This document shows, piece after piece, positions 10,495 through 20,251 of a stretch of DNA of 60,038 nucleotides. A program made the position numbers and the translations under genes. This DNA comes from an uncultured Candidatus Saccharibacteria bacterium (lineage in GTDB: Bacteria > Patescibacteriota > Saccharimonadia > Saccharimonadales > CAIOMD01): the NCBI GenBank assembly GCA_964423475.1, contig CAYRFD010000001.1:1-60038 (forward strand). Reading direction: 5' to 3'. Within the stretch, counting starts at the first letter, position 1, and each line of letters starts with the position of its first letter. The notes beneath the pieces are model-generated. The model was not told where the DNA came from. It saw nothing but the letters and a program-made list of their open reading frames with translations, and made no database searches.

Positions 10495-11649
10495 ATGGAT
10501 ATTGAGACAAAACAGTTAGTTCTAGCTGTAAAAACAATAGCAGAAGAAAAAAATTTGCCAGAATCGGTTGTGCAAGATGCAATTGAGCAAGCCCTAGCCG
10601 CCGCCTGGAGACGCGATTACGGAGATAAAGATCAAGAAGTACGCACGCAAATAAACGTCAACACGGGAGATGTTTTAGTTTACATTACTAAAACAGTCGT
10701 AGAAAAAGTAGATAACAAACACACAGAAATTTCTTTGGGTGATGCACAGGTTATTAAAAAGAATGCTGCAATAGATGAACAAATAGAGATAGAACAGCCA
10801 GTAGATAGTTTTGGGCGAGTAGCGGCTCAAACCGCAAAACAAGTTATCTTACAAAGGCTTAGAGAGGCTGAAAGAGAAGTTGTTTTAGTTGAGTTTGAAG
10901 ACAAAATTAACACTGTATTAAATGCTATTGTTACAAGGGTAGAAGGACGTATGGTGCGCGTAGAAATCAATCGTGCCCAAGGCATATTACCCCCAAGCGA
11001 ACAAATACAAGGTGAACACTATCATCCTGGCCAAAGACTCAAAGTTTATCTAAAAGATGTTGAGAGAGGGTTTAAGGGTGCTCAACTAGTTGTTAGCCGT
11101 GGGTGCCCAGAATTTGTTGAAGAATTATTTAAAAACGAAGTTCCAGAAATGGAAGGTGGTGCAGTAGAGATTAAGGGCTTATCTAGAGAAGCCGGTGTTC
11201 GTAGTAAGATTGCCGTGTCTAGTTCTTTGCAGGGTGTAGACCCAGTGGGCACTTTTGTAGGTGGTCACGGAACGCGCGTACAGGCAGTTATGAGCGAAAT
11301 TGGAGAGCAAGAAAAAATAGATATAATTGTTTGGTCAGATGATATTGTAAAATATATTACAAACGCTTTAAGCCCTACAAAAGTTGTTTCTGTTACGATT
11401 CAAGAAGATAGAAAGAAAGCTAAAGTTGTAGTAGAAGAAGACCAACTTTCTATTGCAATTGGCCGCGGAGGCCAAAATGTTCGTTTAGCTAGTAAATTAA
11501 CAGGTTATGATATAGATGTTGTAAGCAGTAAGCCAGAACAAACCGTTAAACAAGATACGGTTGTTGGTGCCGCAAACGCTCCTAAATTAAAACGCAAAAC
11601 AGATTTAGAGAGCAGCTTGCTCGAGGCAATAGATAATGTAAAAGATTAA
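10495..11649 (+). CDS. nusA: Transcription termination/antitermination factor NusA
   Basis: 384 aa with an N-terminal RNAP-binding domain, an S1 domain and two KH domains (GRGGQNVRLASKLTG). It has no C-terminal AR repeats. An AAGGA SD is present. Confidence 0.95.
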   Translation: MDIETKQLVLAVKTIAEEKNLPESVVQDAIEQALAAAWRRDYGDKDQEVRTQINVNTGDVLVYITKTVVEKVDNKHTEISLGDAQVIKKNAAIDEQIEIEQPVDSFGRVAAQTAKQVILQRLREAEREVVLVEFEDKINTVLNAIVTRVEGRMVRVEINRAQGILPPSEQIQGEHYHPGQRLKVYLKDVERGFKGAQLVVSRGCPEFVEELFKNEVPEMEGGAVEIKGLSREAGVRSKIAVSSSLQGVDPVGTFVGGHGTRVQAVMSEIGEQEKIDIIVWSDDIVKYITNALSPTKVVSVTIQEDRKKAKVVVEEDQLSIAIGRGGQNVRLASKLTGYDIDVVSSKPEQTVKQDTVVGAANAPKLKRKTDLESSLLEAIDNVKD

Positions 11650-11651
11650 GT

Positions 11652-11689
11652 TTAGCACTCTTGCTTTACGAGTGCTAGTTTTGTATAAT
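11652..11689 (+). promoter_or_regulatory. CIRCE (HrcA operator) overlapping the clpC promoter
   Basis: TTAGCACTC-N9-GAGTGCTAG lies at 11652-11678, versus the consensus TTAGCACTC-N9-GAGTGCTAA. The -35 TTGCTT (11661-11666) sits inside the N9 loop, followed by a 17-nt spacer and the -10 TATAAT (11684-11689). An AGGAGG SD precedes the clpC ATG. Confidence 0.8.
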
Positions 11690-11739
11690 ATTATTATATG
11701 AACAAAGCAAGTATTAATGATTACCTTAGGAGGATATAA

Positions 11740-14214
11740 ATGAACGACACTCCTGACATGCAAGATTTTTTAAATCACTTAACAGACAATGCTTTGTTAA
11801 GCTTAAAACACGCAGATCAACTTGCCCGAAACCAGGGTGCGGCATATGTTGGTACAGAACATGTTTTACTGGGAATACTTTCTCAACAAGATTCAGTTGC
11901 CGCAAAAATAATGGGTCAATCTGGGGTGTCTTATGAAAGAACTCAGTTAGCATTAAATTTAACGCCAAAAAATTTAGTAATTAATCTAGGTGCTAAAGGA
12001 CTAAGTGAAACAGCAAAACTTGCACTAAAAGTAAGCTGGGATTATGCTCAAGATTATGGCCAAGATATGTGCGGTACTGAACATATAATTTACAGTATGC
12101 TTCAGCAGAAAAATGCACGTGCTACAGTTTTGCTTAGAGATATGAATATAGATATTGAACATATTTTGCAATCATTTGAGGTATTTTTACAAAAGCAGCA
12201 ATATAATTCGGATCAAGAGGCGCGCCGTACAGCAACCAAAACACGTCGCAAAAGGGGTGGAAAAACTGCTTTAGATGTTTTTGGCACAGACTTAACTGCT
12301 CTTGCGCTAGACGGTAAATTAGATCCGCTGGTTGGCCGTGAAAACGCTATACGTAGAACAATAACAATATTAAATAGGCGAACAAAAAATAACCCTGTAC
12401 TTATTGGTGAGCCTGGCGTTGGCAAAACTGCAATTGTAGAAGGTTTAGCTCAGCGTATTGTGGCAGAAGATGTGCCGGATTCATTGTTAGAAAAACGTAT
12501 AATTATGTTAGATCTTGCCGCAATGATTGCGGGTACAAAATATCGTGGAGAATTTGAAGAACGCTTAAAAAAAGTTATGGAAGAACTAATTAATGACACT
12601 AAAGCAATAGTGTTTATTGATGAATTGCATTTGCTTGTTGGGGCGGGAGCGGCAGAGGGCGCCATAGATGCGGGTAATATATTAAAACCAGCTTTAGCGC
12701 GCGGTAAATTGCAAATGATTGGTGCAACAACAACTAACGAATACAATAAGCATATAGAAAAAGATGCTGCCCTAGAGCGTCGTTTTCAACCAGTTATAGT
12801 GCCCCCAACTACCTATACAGAAACTATAGCAATACTAAAAGGTTTAAGATCTAACTACGAAATCTTTCATGGAGTAAGTATTAGTGATCAAACTATAGAA
12901 GACGCAGTTTACTTTGCCGATAGATATATAAGTGATAGATATATGCCCGATAAAGCAATAGATCTAATAGATGAGGCTGCCGCTCTATTAAGGGTAGACA
13001 AGGGTAAAACCCCAAAAGAATACAGGCAATTAATTAAAGAGATTAGATTACTAACTATTCGTCGAGATGAAGCAGTAGAAAAAGAAGACTATGAACTGGC
13101 TGCAAAACATAAACAACGTATTAGTACCGCACAAGAAAAGCTAGAGGATATTAAAAAGAAATCTGTTACAGGTGCTAAATTAGTTTTAACAAGTAATGAT
13201 ATAGCAAAAGTAGTTAGTGCGTCTACAGATATTCCTTTAACTAAATTAGCGCGTCAAGAGGTTAGTAACTTACTAAAATTAGAACAACACTTGAGTAGAT
13301 ATGTAATTGGCCAAGATGAGGCAATTATGTCTATTGCCAGAGCAACAAGAAGAAACCGTTCTGGGGTTGGCACAGACAAACGGCCAATTGGTACTTTTTT
13401 GTGTATGGGGCCTACAGGAGTTGGTAAAACAGAACTTGCAAAAGTTCTGGCAAGAGAGTTTTTTGGACGAGAAGATTCACTAATAAAAATGGATATGAGT
13501 GAATTTGGAGAACGCCATACTGTTGCACGAATGGTTGGTGCTCCAGCAGGTTATATTGGTTATGATGAAGGTGGGCAGCTAACAGATAAAATAAGACGAA
13601 AGCCATACAGTTTAGTACTTTTTGATGAAATAGAAAAAGCACACCCAGAAGTATTTAATATTTTACTGCAAATATTCGAGGATGGCGAACTTACAGATGC
13701 CAAAGGCCGTAAAGTTAGCTTTAGAAACACAATCATTATGCTAACAAGTAATATTGGCGCTAAGCTATTGCAAAAAGAGGTTTCTTTAGGTTTTAGCGGC
13801 GCAGCTACTCATAAAGATATAGATGAGTTACATATAGAAAATAGCGTAAAAGTAAAAGATGAGCTTACAAAACATATGCGCCCAGAGTTAATTAACCGTA
13901 TAGATAAAATTATTGTCTTTAGAGCTTTAAGCAAGCAAAATATCCGCAAAATCATAGATGTTCAAATACAAGAGCTACGTACTCGCTTGCAACGCCAACA
14001 TATAGGGATAATATTAGCCCCAAAAGCAAAAGAATGGTTATTAGAACACGGATACGACAGTAAAAACGGGGTAAGACCGCTAAGACGTTTAATTCAAGAC
14101 GAAGTAGAGGACAAGTTAGCAGATGGCATATTAAGTGGTCAATACAACAAGGGCGACGTTGTTATGATTGGCGTTAAATTGGGTAAATTATCTTTTAAAT
14201 CAAACAAAGAATAA
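11740..14214 (+). CDS. clpC: ATP-dependent Clp protease ATP-binding subunit ClpC (class I AAA+)
   Basis: 824 aa. It has two Clp_N repeats, two AAA+ modules (GEPGVGKT, GPTGVGKT), a short UVR-like middle domain and an LGF ClpP-docking tripeptide (SLGFSG). Confidence 0.93.
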   Translation: MNDTPDMQDFLNHLTDNALLSLKHADQLARNQGAAYVGTEHVLLGILSQQDSVAAKIMGQSGVSYERTQLALNLTPKNLVINLGAKGLSETAKLALKVSWDYAQDYGQDMCGTEHIIYSMLQQKNARATVLLRDMNIDIEHILQSFEVFLQKQQYNSDQEARRTATKTRRKRGGKTALDVFGTDLTALALDGKLDPLVGRENAIRRTITILNRRTKNNPVLIGEPGVGKTAIVEGLAQRIVAEDVPDSLLEKRIIMLDLAAMIAGTKYRGEFEERLKKVMEELINDTKAIVFIDELHLLVGAGAAEGAIDAGNILKPALARGKLQMIGATTTNEYNKHIEKDAALERRFQPVIVPPTTYTETIAILKGLRSNYEIFHGVSISDQTIEDAVYFADRYISDRYMPDKAIDLIDEAAALLRVDKGKTPKEYRQLIKEIRLLTIRRDEAVEKEDYELAAKHKQRISTAQEKLEDIKKKSVTGAKLVLTSNDIAKVVSASTDIPLTKLARQEVSNLLKLEQHLSRYVIGQDEAIMSIARATRRNRSGVGTDKRPIGTFLCMGPTGVGKTELAKVLAREFFGREDSLIKMDMSEFGERHTVARMVGAPAGYIGYDEGGQLTDKIRRKPYSLVLFDEIEKAHPEVFNILLQIFEDGELTDAKGRKVSFRNTIIMLTSNIGAKLLQKEVSLGFSGAATHKDIDELHIENSVKVKDELTKHMRPELINRIDKIIVFRALSKQNIRKIIDVQIQELRTRLQRQHIGIILAPKAKEWLLEHGYDSKNGVRPLRRLIQDEVEDKLADGILSGQYNKGDVVMIGVKLGKLSFKSNKE

Positions 14215-14220
14215 TAGTAA

Positions 14221-15177
14221 ATGAAAAAATCTACAATATTTGGTTTATTGAGTATAACAATTTTAGGTATTGTGGGTTTTTTTGCATGGAACCAAAGGTA
14301 TACCATATACGACTATGTCCGTTTGCAAAATTACACCCCAACAGTAGAAATTGCAACGCTGGCTCAAGACAGTGGCATGAGTGGCAAGGGCCAAAATGTA
14401 TTTTATGTTAACGATCCACAGGTGGCAGATAAAACAACTTTTAATAGTAAGTGCCCACAAAAAGAGCAGTCTATTGTACTTGGTTGCTATAACGGCAGAG
14501 AAATATTTATTTATAATGTCACCGAACAGCAATTGGCTGGCATAAAAGAAGTTACAGCTGCTCACGAGATGCTGCATGCAGCTTACGATAGATTATCTTC
14601 TAAAGAGAAAAAGTCGGTAGACGCGATGCTATTGTCAGTTTTTGAGTCTATACAAGATCAGCGATTAAAAAATATTATAGAGGCGTATCGTAAAGAAGAT
14701 CCTACTGTAGTAAGCAACGAGCTCCACTCTATTATAGGAACAGAAATACGTAACCTTCCGCCCCAGCTAGAGCAGTACTATCAAAGATATTTTATAGATA
14801 GATCAAAGGTGGTTAGCCTTTCAGAAAAGTATGAATTGGTGTTTATTGAAGCCAAGAATAAAGCCGATCAATTAATTGGTGATTTATCTTTAAGAAAATC
14901 AGAAATTGATCGCTTAGAAAAGCAAGTTGCGCAAACAATGGGTCAGCTACAGCAACAAAAAAATACTTTAGAAAATCTAAAAAATACAGGCAACACCGTA
15001 GAATATAATGCTTTAGTACCTATATATAATCAAACAGTCCAACAATATAATCTACTTGTTCAAGAGATGGCTCAACTTATAGAAGAGTATAATCAAAAAG
15101 TAGCAGAGTATAATAATTTAACAGGTTATCAACAAGAGTTAATTAATAGTATAGATAGTAAATATCAACAACTATAG
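14221..15177 (+). CDS. Membrane-anchored hypothetical protein with an HExxH motif and a Q-rich coiled-coil tail
   Basis: 318 aa with an N-terminal TM (IFGLLSITILGIVGFFAW), the motif AAHEMLHAAYD and a C-terminal heptad-like, Q-rich region. It starts 7 nt after the clpC stop. I do not recognise a family. Confidence 0.6.
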   Translation: MKKSTIFGLLSITILGIVGFFAWNQRYTIYDYVRLQNYTPTVEIATLAQDSGMSGKGQNVFYVNDPQVADKTTFNSKCPQKEQSIVLGCYNGREIFIYNVTEQQLAGIKEVTAAHEMLHAAYDRLSSKEKKSVDAMLLSVFESIQDQRLKNIIEAYRKEDPTVVSNELHSIIGTEIRNLPPQLEQYYQRYFIDRSKVVSLSEKYELVFIEAKNKADQLIGDLSLRKSEIDRLEKQVAQTMGQLQQQKNTLENLKNTGNTVEYNALVPIYNQTVQQYNLLVQEMAQLIEEYNQKVAEYNNLTGYQQELINSIDSKYQQL

Positions 15178-15191
15178 TAAAATAATAAGTA

Positions 15192-16553
15192 ATGGCAAAA
15201 GCAAAAACAAAGTATATTTGTAGTAACTGTGGAGCTAATTTTGCGTCTTGGTCCGGTAAATGTTCAAATTGTAATGAATGGAATACATTAGAACAAGTTT
15301 TAGATGTAAGTAGTGGTAGTAAGGCCCAGCAAGCGGTAGAAAGCGGTAAACCACTATTAGCTACCAATATGCTACAGCATACTAAAAAAGTTCCCCTTAA
15401 ACGTATTTTATCTGGCACCAAAGACATAGACGAAGTTTTAGGCGGGGGATTTGTCCCCGGAGGAGTCTGTTTAGTAGCTGGCCAGCCGGGTATAGGAAAG
15501 AGTACATTATTATTGCAGCTTGCGTACTCTATTTCTAAAGATGTACCACTTTTATATGTGAGCGGAGAAGAATCTCCAGAACAAGTAAGCATGCGTGGAA
15601 AGCGTATCGGGACAGCAAGTAAACTGTTGCATCTGGCAAGTAGTAACAGCGCCAATGATATTGCGGCTACCATTATGACAGGAGAATACCCAGTAGTAAT
15701 AGTAGACTCTATTCAAACTATTGCAACAGAAGAAATTGCTGGTGTGCCGGGCAGTGTAAGCCAAGTAACCAATAGTGCGCAAATAGTTACTTTGGCAGCA
15801 AAACGATCTAATACAGCCGTAATACTAGTTGGGCATGTTACAAAAGAAGGCTCTATTGCTGGGCCAAAAGTTTTAGAGCACCTTGTAGATGTAGTTATGC
15901 AACTAGAGGGTGATAGGTCTGGTGGATTTAGAATTTTACGTAGTACTAAAAACAGATTTGGGTCTACAAATGAAGCAGCAATATTAGAAATGAGTGAATC
16001 AGGGCTTAGCATAGTGTCTAATCCATCTGCAGCACTTTTGGCCGAACGTCAGGTAAGTGATGGTTCTGTTGTTACAGCCACTTTAGAGGGCACCAGACCG
16101 GTTTTAGTAGAAGTGCAGGCACTAGTTAACCCTACAAGCTATGGCTACCCTAAACGCACAGCCTCTGGGTTTGATCTAAGCCGATTAAATTTACTTATTG
16201 CAATGTTAGAAAAACGTACCAAGTTAACATTGTCTGATAAAGACATATACATAAATATTGTTGGTGGATTAAAAATTACTGAACCTGCGGCCGATTTAGC
16301 AATTTGCATGGCCATTGCTTCTGCCGCAAAAAGCTTGCCACTTAGTATAGATGCTGTATGTTTTGGAGAGGTTGGGTTAAGTGGAGAGGTCCGTCATGTA
16401 CCGTGGATAGAAAAGCGCATAAGTGAGGCTAAAAAGATGGGTTTTGAAAGAATTATTGGCCCAAAATTACCAAAAAAAGTAAATACACCAACACAATATG
16501 AAACCGCAATAAGTGTTAGAGATATCTTAATTCAATCGTTAACAAAAGGATAA
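15192..16553 (+). CDS. radA: DNA repair protein RadA/Sms
   Basis: 453 aa with a zinc finger (CSNCGANFASWSGKCSNCNEW), Walker A GQPGIGKST, the KNRFG motif and a Lon-like C-terminal domain. Confidence 0.95.
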   Translation: MAKAKTKYICSNCGANFASWSGKCSNCNEWNTLEQVLDVSSGSKAQQAVESGKPLLATNMLQHTKKVPLKRILSGTKDIDEVLGGGFVPGGVCLVAGQPGIGKSTLLLQLAYSISKDVPLLYVSGEESPEQVSMRGKRIGTASKLLHLASSNSANDIAATIMTGEYPVVIVDSIQTIATEEIAGVPGSVSQVTNSAQIVTLAAKRSNTAVILVGHVTKEGSIAGPKVLEHLVDVVMQLEGDRSGGFRILRSTKNRFGSTNEAAILEMSESGLSIVSNPSAALLAERQVSDGSVVTATLEGTRPVLVEVQALVNPTSYGYPKRTASGFDLSRLNLLIAMLEKRTKLTLSDKDIYINIVGGLKITEPAADLAICMAIASAAKSLPLSIDAVCFGEVGLSGEVRHVPWIEKRISEAKKMGFERIIGPKLPKKVNTPTQYETAISVRDILIQSLTKG

Positions 16554-16555
16554 AT

Positions 16556-17299
16556 ATGTTATTAGAAATTATTATTATACTACTAATTACTATAAGTATT
16601 ATTTTGCAGGTTAAACAGCGTAAAAGTAAAACATTTACTAGCAAAAAAGCTAAAAACGGGGTTATCTTAGATAGCTGCGCATTAATAGATGGCCGAATAA
16701 TAGAGCTAGCAAAAATTGGGTTTTTGCCAGATGCTATTGTTATCCCATCTTTTATTTTGCAAGAACTACAGCTTTTGGCAGACGGTAAAGATAATGTAAA
16801 AAGAGAGCGAGCAAGATTTGGTTTGCAAATTGCTAAATCTTTACAACAACTAGAATCATTGAATGTTGCGATAGATCAAACACAGCCAAATAAGCCCACA
16901 ACAGATGAAAAACTTGTTAGTTTAGCAAAAAGCCTACACTATAAGTTATTTACTACAGATTTTAATCTTAACCAGGTTGCCAGTATAGAGGGCGTTACGG
17001 TGCTTAACATCAATGAGCTTGCTCACGCCTTAAGACCAGAGATTTTGCCAGGAGAAGAAGTTAAAGTTTCAATTACTCAACCAGGTACAAATAGAAATCA
17101 AGGTGTTGGTTATTTGCAAGATGGTACCATGATTGTTATAGATGATGCACAAAGAGATATTGGAAAAGTTATATCAGTAACAATAACAAAATCTCATCAA
17201 ACGGTAGCAGGTAAAATGCTATTTGCTAAAAAAGTTATTACTACTAGCCAGAAAAAACCTTTTGTTAAGCCAAAAAAAGTTTATAGACAAAACCAGTAA
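16556..17299 (+). CDS. PIN/TRAM-domain membrane protein (YacL-like)
   Basis: 247 aa with an N-terminal TM, a PIN-like domain (VILDSCALIDGRI...TTDFNLNQVA) and a TRAM-like C-terminus (GEEVKVSITQPG...GVGYLQDGTMIVIDDA). It lies immediately downstream of radA, as in Firmicutes. Confidence 0.8.
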   Translation: MLLEIIIILLITISIILQVKQRKSKTFTSKKAKNGVILDSCALIDGRIIELAKIGFLPDAIVIPSFILQELQLLADGKDNVKRERARFGLQIAKSLQQLESLNVAIDQTQPNKPTTDEKLVSLAKSLHYKLFTTDFNLNQVASIEGVTVLNINELAHALRPEILPGEEVKVSITQPGTNRNQGVGYLQDGTMIVIDDAQRDIGKVISVTITKSHQTVAGKMLFAKKVITTSQKKPFVKPKKVYRQNQ

Positions 17300-17334
17300 C
17301 AAAAAATAATCAAAACCATATAAAAATTTTTCTT

Positions 17335-20127
17335 TTAATCTTCTACTGGTGGTACCGTAGCTGGAGTGGAAGAAGAGTTAGAAGATGATGTGTTTGTAGA
17401 TACAGTAATAGTGCGCGTATCAGAAGCATCATACATAACAGAATCATTAACTTGAGCAGTTATAGTTTTTGTACCAGTTCCAGATGGCTTGTATACATAA
17501 GAAATACTGCCGTTACTAGAAATATCATAAGAAGCACCAGCTAAAGCAACACCGTCTTCGCTAAAAGTAAGGTTTGTTAACGGGTATTTACCCATGCTAA
17601 AGGTGGCTTCAATTGTGTAATCTCCGTTTGGTAATTTAGTAGGGTTACTTAATGTTACTTTTGGCTTTTCGGCAGGATCGCATGTGTGTACATCATCTTT
17701 TTCTGTTGGTATAAAGCCCCCAGCACTGCCACCATAACGTTGTTGGATGGGCCTCATCCAATTATTGTAGTTACTATCACTAGATGGCAGCTCTGCTCTT
17801 AGCCCGCCTCCGGTTATAGTTTGCTTAGCTTTTTCTGGGGTGCATTCGGTAGCTAATTTTCCAGACACAGAATCAATCACAGCAGTTTTTGAATTATCTG
17901 GCGTTCTTGGTGTGTACCAAGATGGGAATATGTCACATTTTCCACCACTTGTTGCTGAATAACCGGTAGTGGTATTTATGCAGACTCTTTTCATGCCTGC
18001 TGGCTGTGTCCATTTATCACCAGCTCCAGCCAAGCCTTGATGCGCGTTTTTCATAAATTCACGCCAGATAGGCCCTGTTTTTTGCTCCATACCGCCGCCC
18101 ATTGCTTTATTTTCATGATGCCCAACCCAAACTCCAGTTACAATCTTAGTAGAATAGCCCATCATCCAACCATTTTCGGCGTTGTTTGTAGTACCTGTTT
18201 TAACGGCAGTTGTAACCCCGTTTATTAACACCTGAGGGTTTAGGCCACCGTAACGTACAGATGCATCGCTAAGCATATCGTTCATACTGTAGGCAACTTG
18301 TTCGTCAATTACTCGCTCACCAACAGAATCTGCCCATTCTTTAATTACTTTACCCTTAGTATCTTCTACTTTAAGTATGTAAGTTATTGGTTTGTAGCTA
18401 CCCATTCTTGCAAATGTGGCTATTCCGTTAGTGTGTTCGTCTAGTCTAATTTGGCCACCATCTCCAATAGAAGTAGCTAAAATGTCTTGGCAATCTTCTA
18501 CTCCAGGCGTATAGCATCCTGTAACACCACTTGTAACACCCATTTTTTTGGCTAGGTCGTGTACGTATGGTATACCTGCAATGTACATTGCTTTCATAGC
18601 TGGAACGTTTCTAGAGCCTCCTATAGCTGCTCTCATGCCAATTGCTCCAACATATTGTCTGTCGTAGTTTTTTAGTGGGTCGCTTAAAGAATATCCAGGA
18701 AAGTTTGTTTTAACGTCGTAAAAAGTACTGCCCGCACCCCAATCTTGAGATTTAGTCATTAATGCGGCGTAGTCATAGGGCTTAAATGATGAGCCAGGGC
18801 TTCGTGGTGACGTTGCATAGTTTACTTGGCCATATCCAGGGTAATTAAAATCTCTACCCCCCACCATAGCTAGTACTTGTCCAGTTTGAGCTTCTACAGA
18901 CACAAGAGCAGCATTGTTGCCGCCATCTAATTCTATTCGACGCATACCATTTTTAATAGCATTTTCGGCAAATTCCTGTAAACGCATATCTACCGTAGTA
19001 GTAACTTTATAGCCAACTTTACGAACATTAGTTGCCCCGTATTCTTGTTCTAGCTTTTTTTGCGCCTCTAATACAAAATATGGTGCTTTAATGTCTCTGT
19101 ATTTATCTTTTTTAGGAACTACTTTTGCAATAGTATCTACCTGTTTTGCGGCGTCTACTTGTTCTTGTGTAGCATAGCCTTGTTGCACCATTAAGCCTAA
19201 AACGTAGTTGCGTCGTTCTATAAGTTCTGCAGTGTTATCCCCAGTTGGTGAATAATATGTGGGGGCAGGGATTAAAGCAGCCAGCGTTGCTGATTCGTCT
19301 AATGTTAGATCTTTGGCATCTTTCTCAAAATAACCCCTTGCTGCTGCTTGGGCGCCACCAAATGTTGAACCAAATGAGATTTCATTTAAATAAGCATTTA
19401 ATATTTCATCTTTAGTGTATGTTCTCTCAAGCTCTATTGCTAATATAAGCTCTTTAATTTTTCTTGTATAAGTTTGTTCTTGGCTAAGTAGTGAATTTTT
19501 TACAAACTGCTGAGTAATAGTAGATCCACCTTGGGTGCTCTTGCCTGTAAGATTACTAAAAAATGCTCTAGTTACACCTTCAGCACTATATCCTCCGTGG
19601 TTATAGAAATTTTTATCTTCTATAGATATAACGGCTTTTTGTAAGTTAGTATTAATGTTTTCTAGTTTAACTGGGTAGCATTCTACATCTCCAGAGCTAG
19701 ACCATAGTAGGGTTTGCCCAGTTCTGTCGTAGTATTGAGTAGACGCACCTTCTGAACATGTTTTAAGATCTGTAATATTTTTTGGTAAATCTTTTCTAAA
19801 ATATGCAAATACCGCTAATGTAAAAATCATTAATATTGCAATACCAATGCCAAGTATTTTTAATGCTCTAATTAGCCCGTCGCGATTAAACCAATACGCT
19901 GCAAAATTACGAGGGTGAAAGTAGTAAAAAAATCTTTTAAAAGGGTTTTTAGGCATTCGTGCTTTTTGGTCAGCTCTTCTACGAGCCTTTAAGTCTTTTC
20001 TGGTCTTTAAACGATCACCAATATTCCTATTAACAATTGCCTTAGAAGATTTTTTTGGCTTACTTTTTGTAAATGCAACCTTTGCAGTACTAAAAAAGCT
20101 CTTTATTTTTTTAGAAACATTACTCAT
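17335..20127 (-). CDS. Class A penicillin-binding protein (bifunctional glycosyltransferase/transpeptidase, PBP1A-like) with a C-terminal Ig-like/Ser-Thr-rich extension
   Basis: 930 aa with a basic cytoplasmic tail plus TM, GT51 motifs (EDKNFYNHGG, GGSTITQQ, RKIKE), and transpeptidase motifs SSFKP (SxxK) and KTGT. About 150 extra C-terminal residues end in SSSNSSST. Confidence 0.92.
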   Translation of the reverse strand: MSNVSKKIKSFFSTAKVAFTKSKPKKSSKAIVNRNIGDRLKTRKDLKARRRADQKARMPKNPFKRFFYYFHPRNFAAYWFNRDGLIRALKILGIGIAILMIFTLAVFAYFRKDLPKNITDLKTCSEGASTQYYDRTGQTLLWSSSGDVECYPVKLENINTNLQKAVISIEDKNFYNHGGYSAEGVTRAFFSNLTGKSTQGGSTITQQFVKNSLLSQEQTYTRKIKELILAIELERTYTKDEILNAYLNEISFGSTFGGAQAAARGYFEKDAKDLTLDESATLAALIPAPTYYSPTGDNTAELIERRNYVLGLMVQQGYATQEQVDAAKQVDTIAKVVPKKDKYRDIKAPYFVLEAQKKLEQEYGATNVRKVGYKVTTTVDMRLQEFAENAIKNGMRRIELDGGNNAALVSVEAQTGQVLAMVGGRDFNYPGYGQVNYATSPRSPGSSFKPYDYAALMTKSQDWGAGSTFYDVKTNFPGYSLSDPLKNYDRQYVGAIGMRAAIGGSRNVPAMKAMYIAGIPYVHDLAKKMGVTSGVTGCYTPGVEDCQDILATSIGDGGQIRLDEHTNGIATFARMGSYKPITYILKVEDTKGKVIKEWADSVGERVIDEQVAYSMNDMLSDASVRYGGLNPQVLINGVTTAVKTGTTNNAENGWMMGYSTKIVTGVWVGHHENKAMGGGMEQKTGPIWREFMKNAHQGLAGAGDKWTQPAGMKRVCINTTTGYSATSGGKCDIFPSWYTPRTPDNSKTAVIDSVSGKLATECTPEKAKQTITGGGLRAELPSSDSNYNNWMRPIQQRYGGSAGGFIPTEKDDVHTCDPAEKPKVTLSNPTKLPNGDYTIEATFSMGKYPLTNLTFSEDGVALAGASYDISSNGSISYVYKPSGTGTKTITAQVNDSVMYDASDTRTITVSTNTSSSNSSSTPATVPPVED

Positions 20128-20251
20128 AAATTATATAGTTGATACCTCTATTTCAAATTATCACACTTAATTATAACAAATATAAGCAGTTTTGTTAAGA
20201 CATATATGTTACCAAATTAAAGCATTAATACCCCATAGGGCAAGCTTAATA

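Noticed and set aside
10394-10582. A 62-aa minus-strand ORF across the pepN-nusA intergenic region.
   Set aside because: It overlaps the nusA start and the terminator hairpin, and it has no RBS.
15143-15673. A 176-aa minus-strand ORF.
   Set aside because: It lies entirely antisense to the strongly conserved radA (and the end of the upstream gene). It has no RBS and a low-complexity product, so it is an artefact of an open antisense frame.
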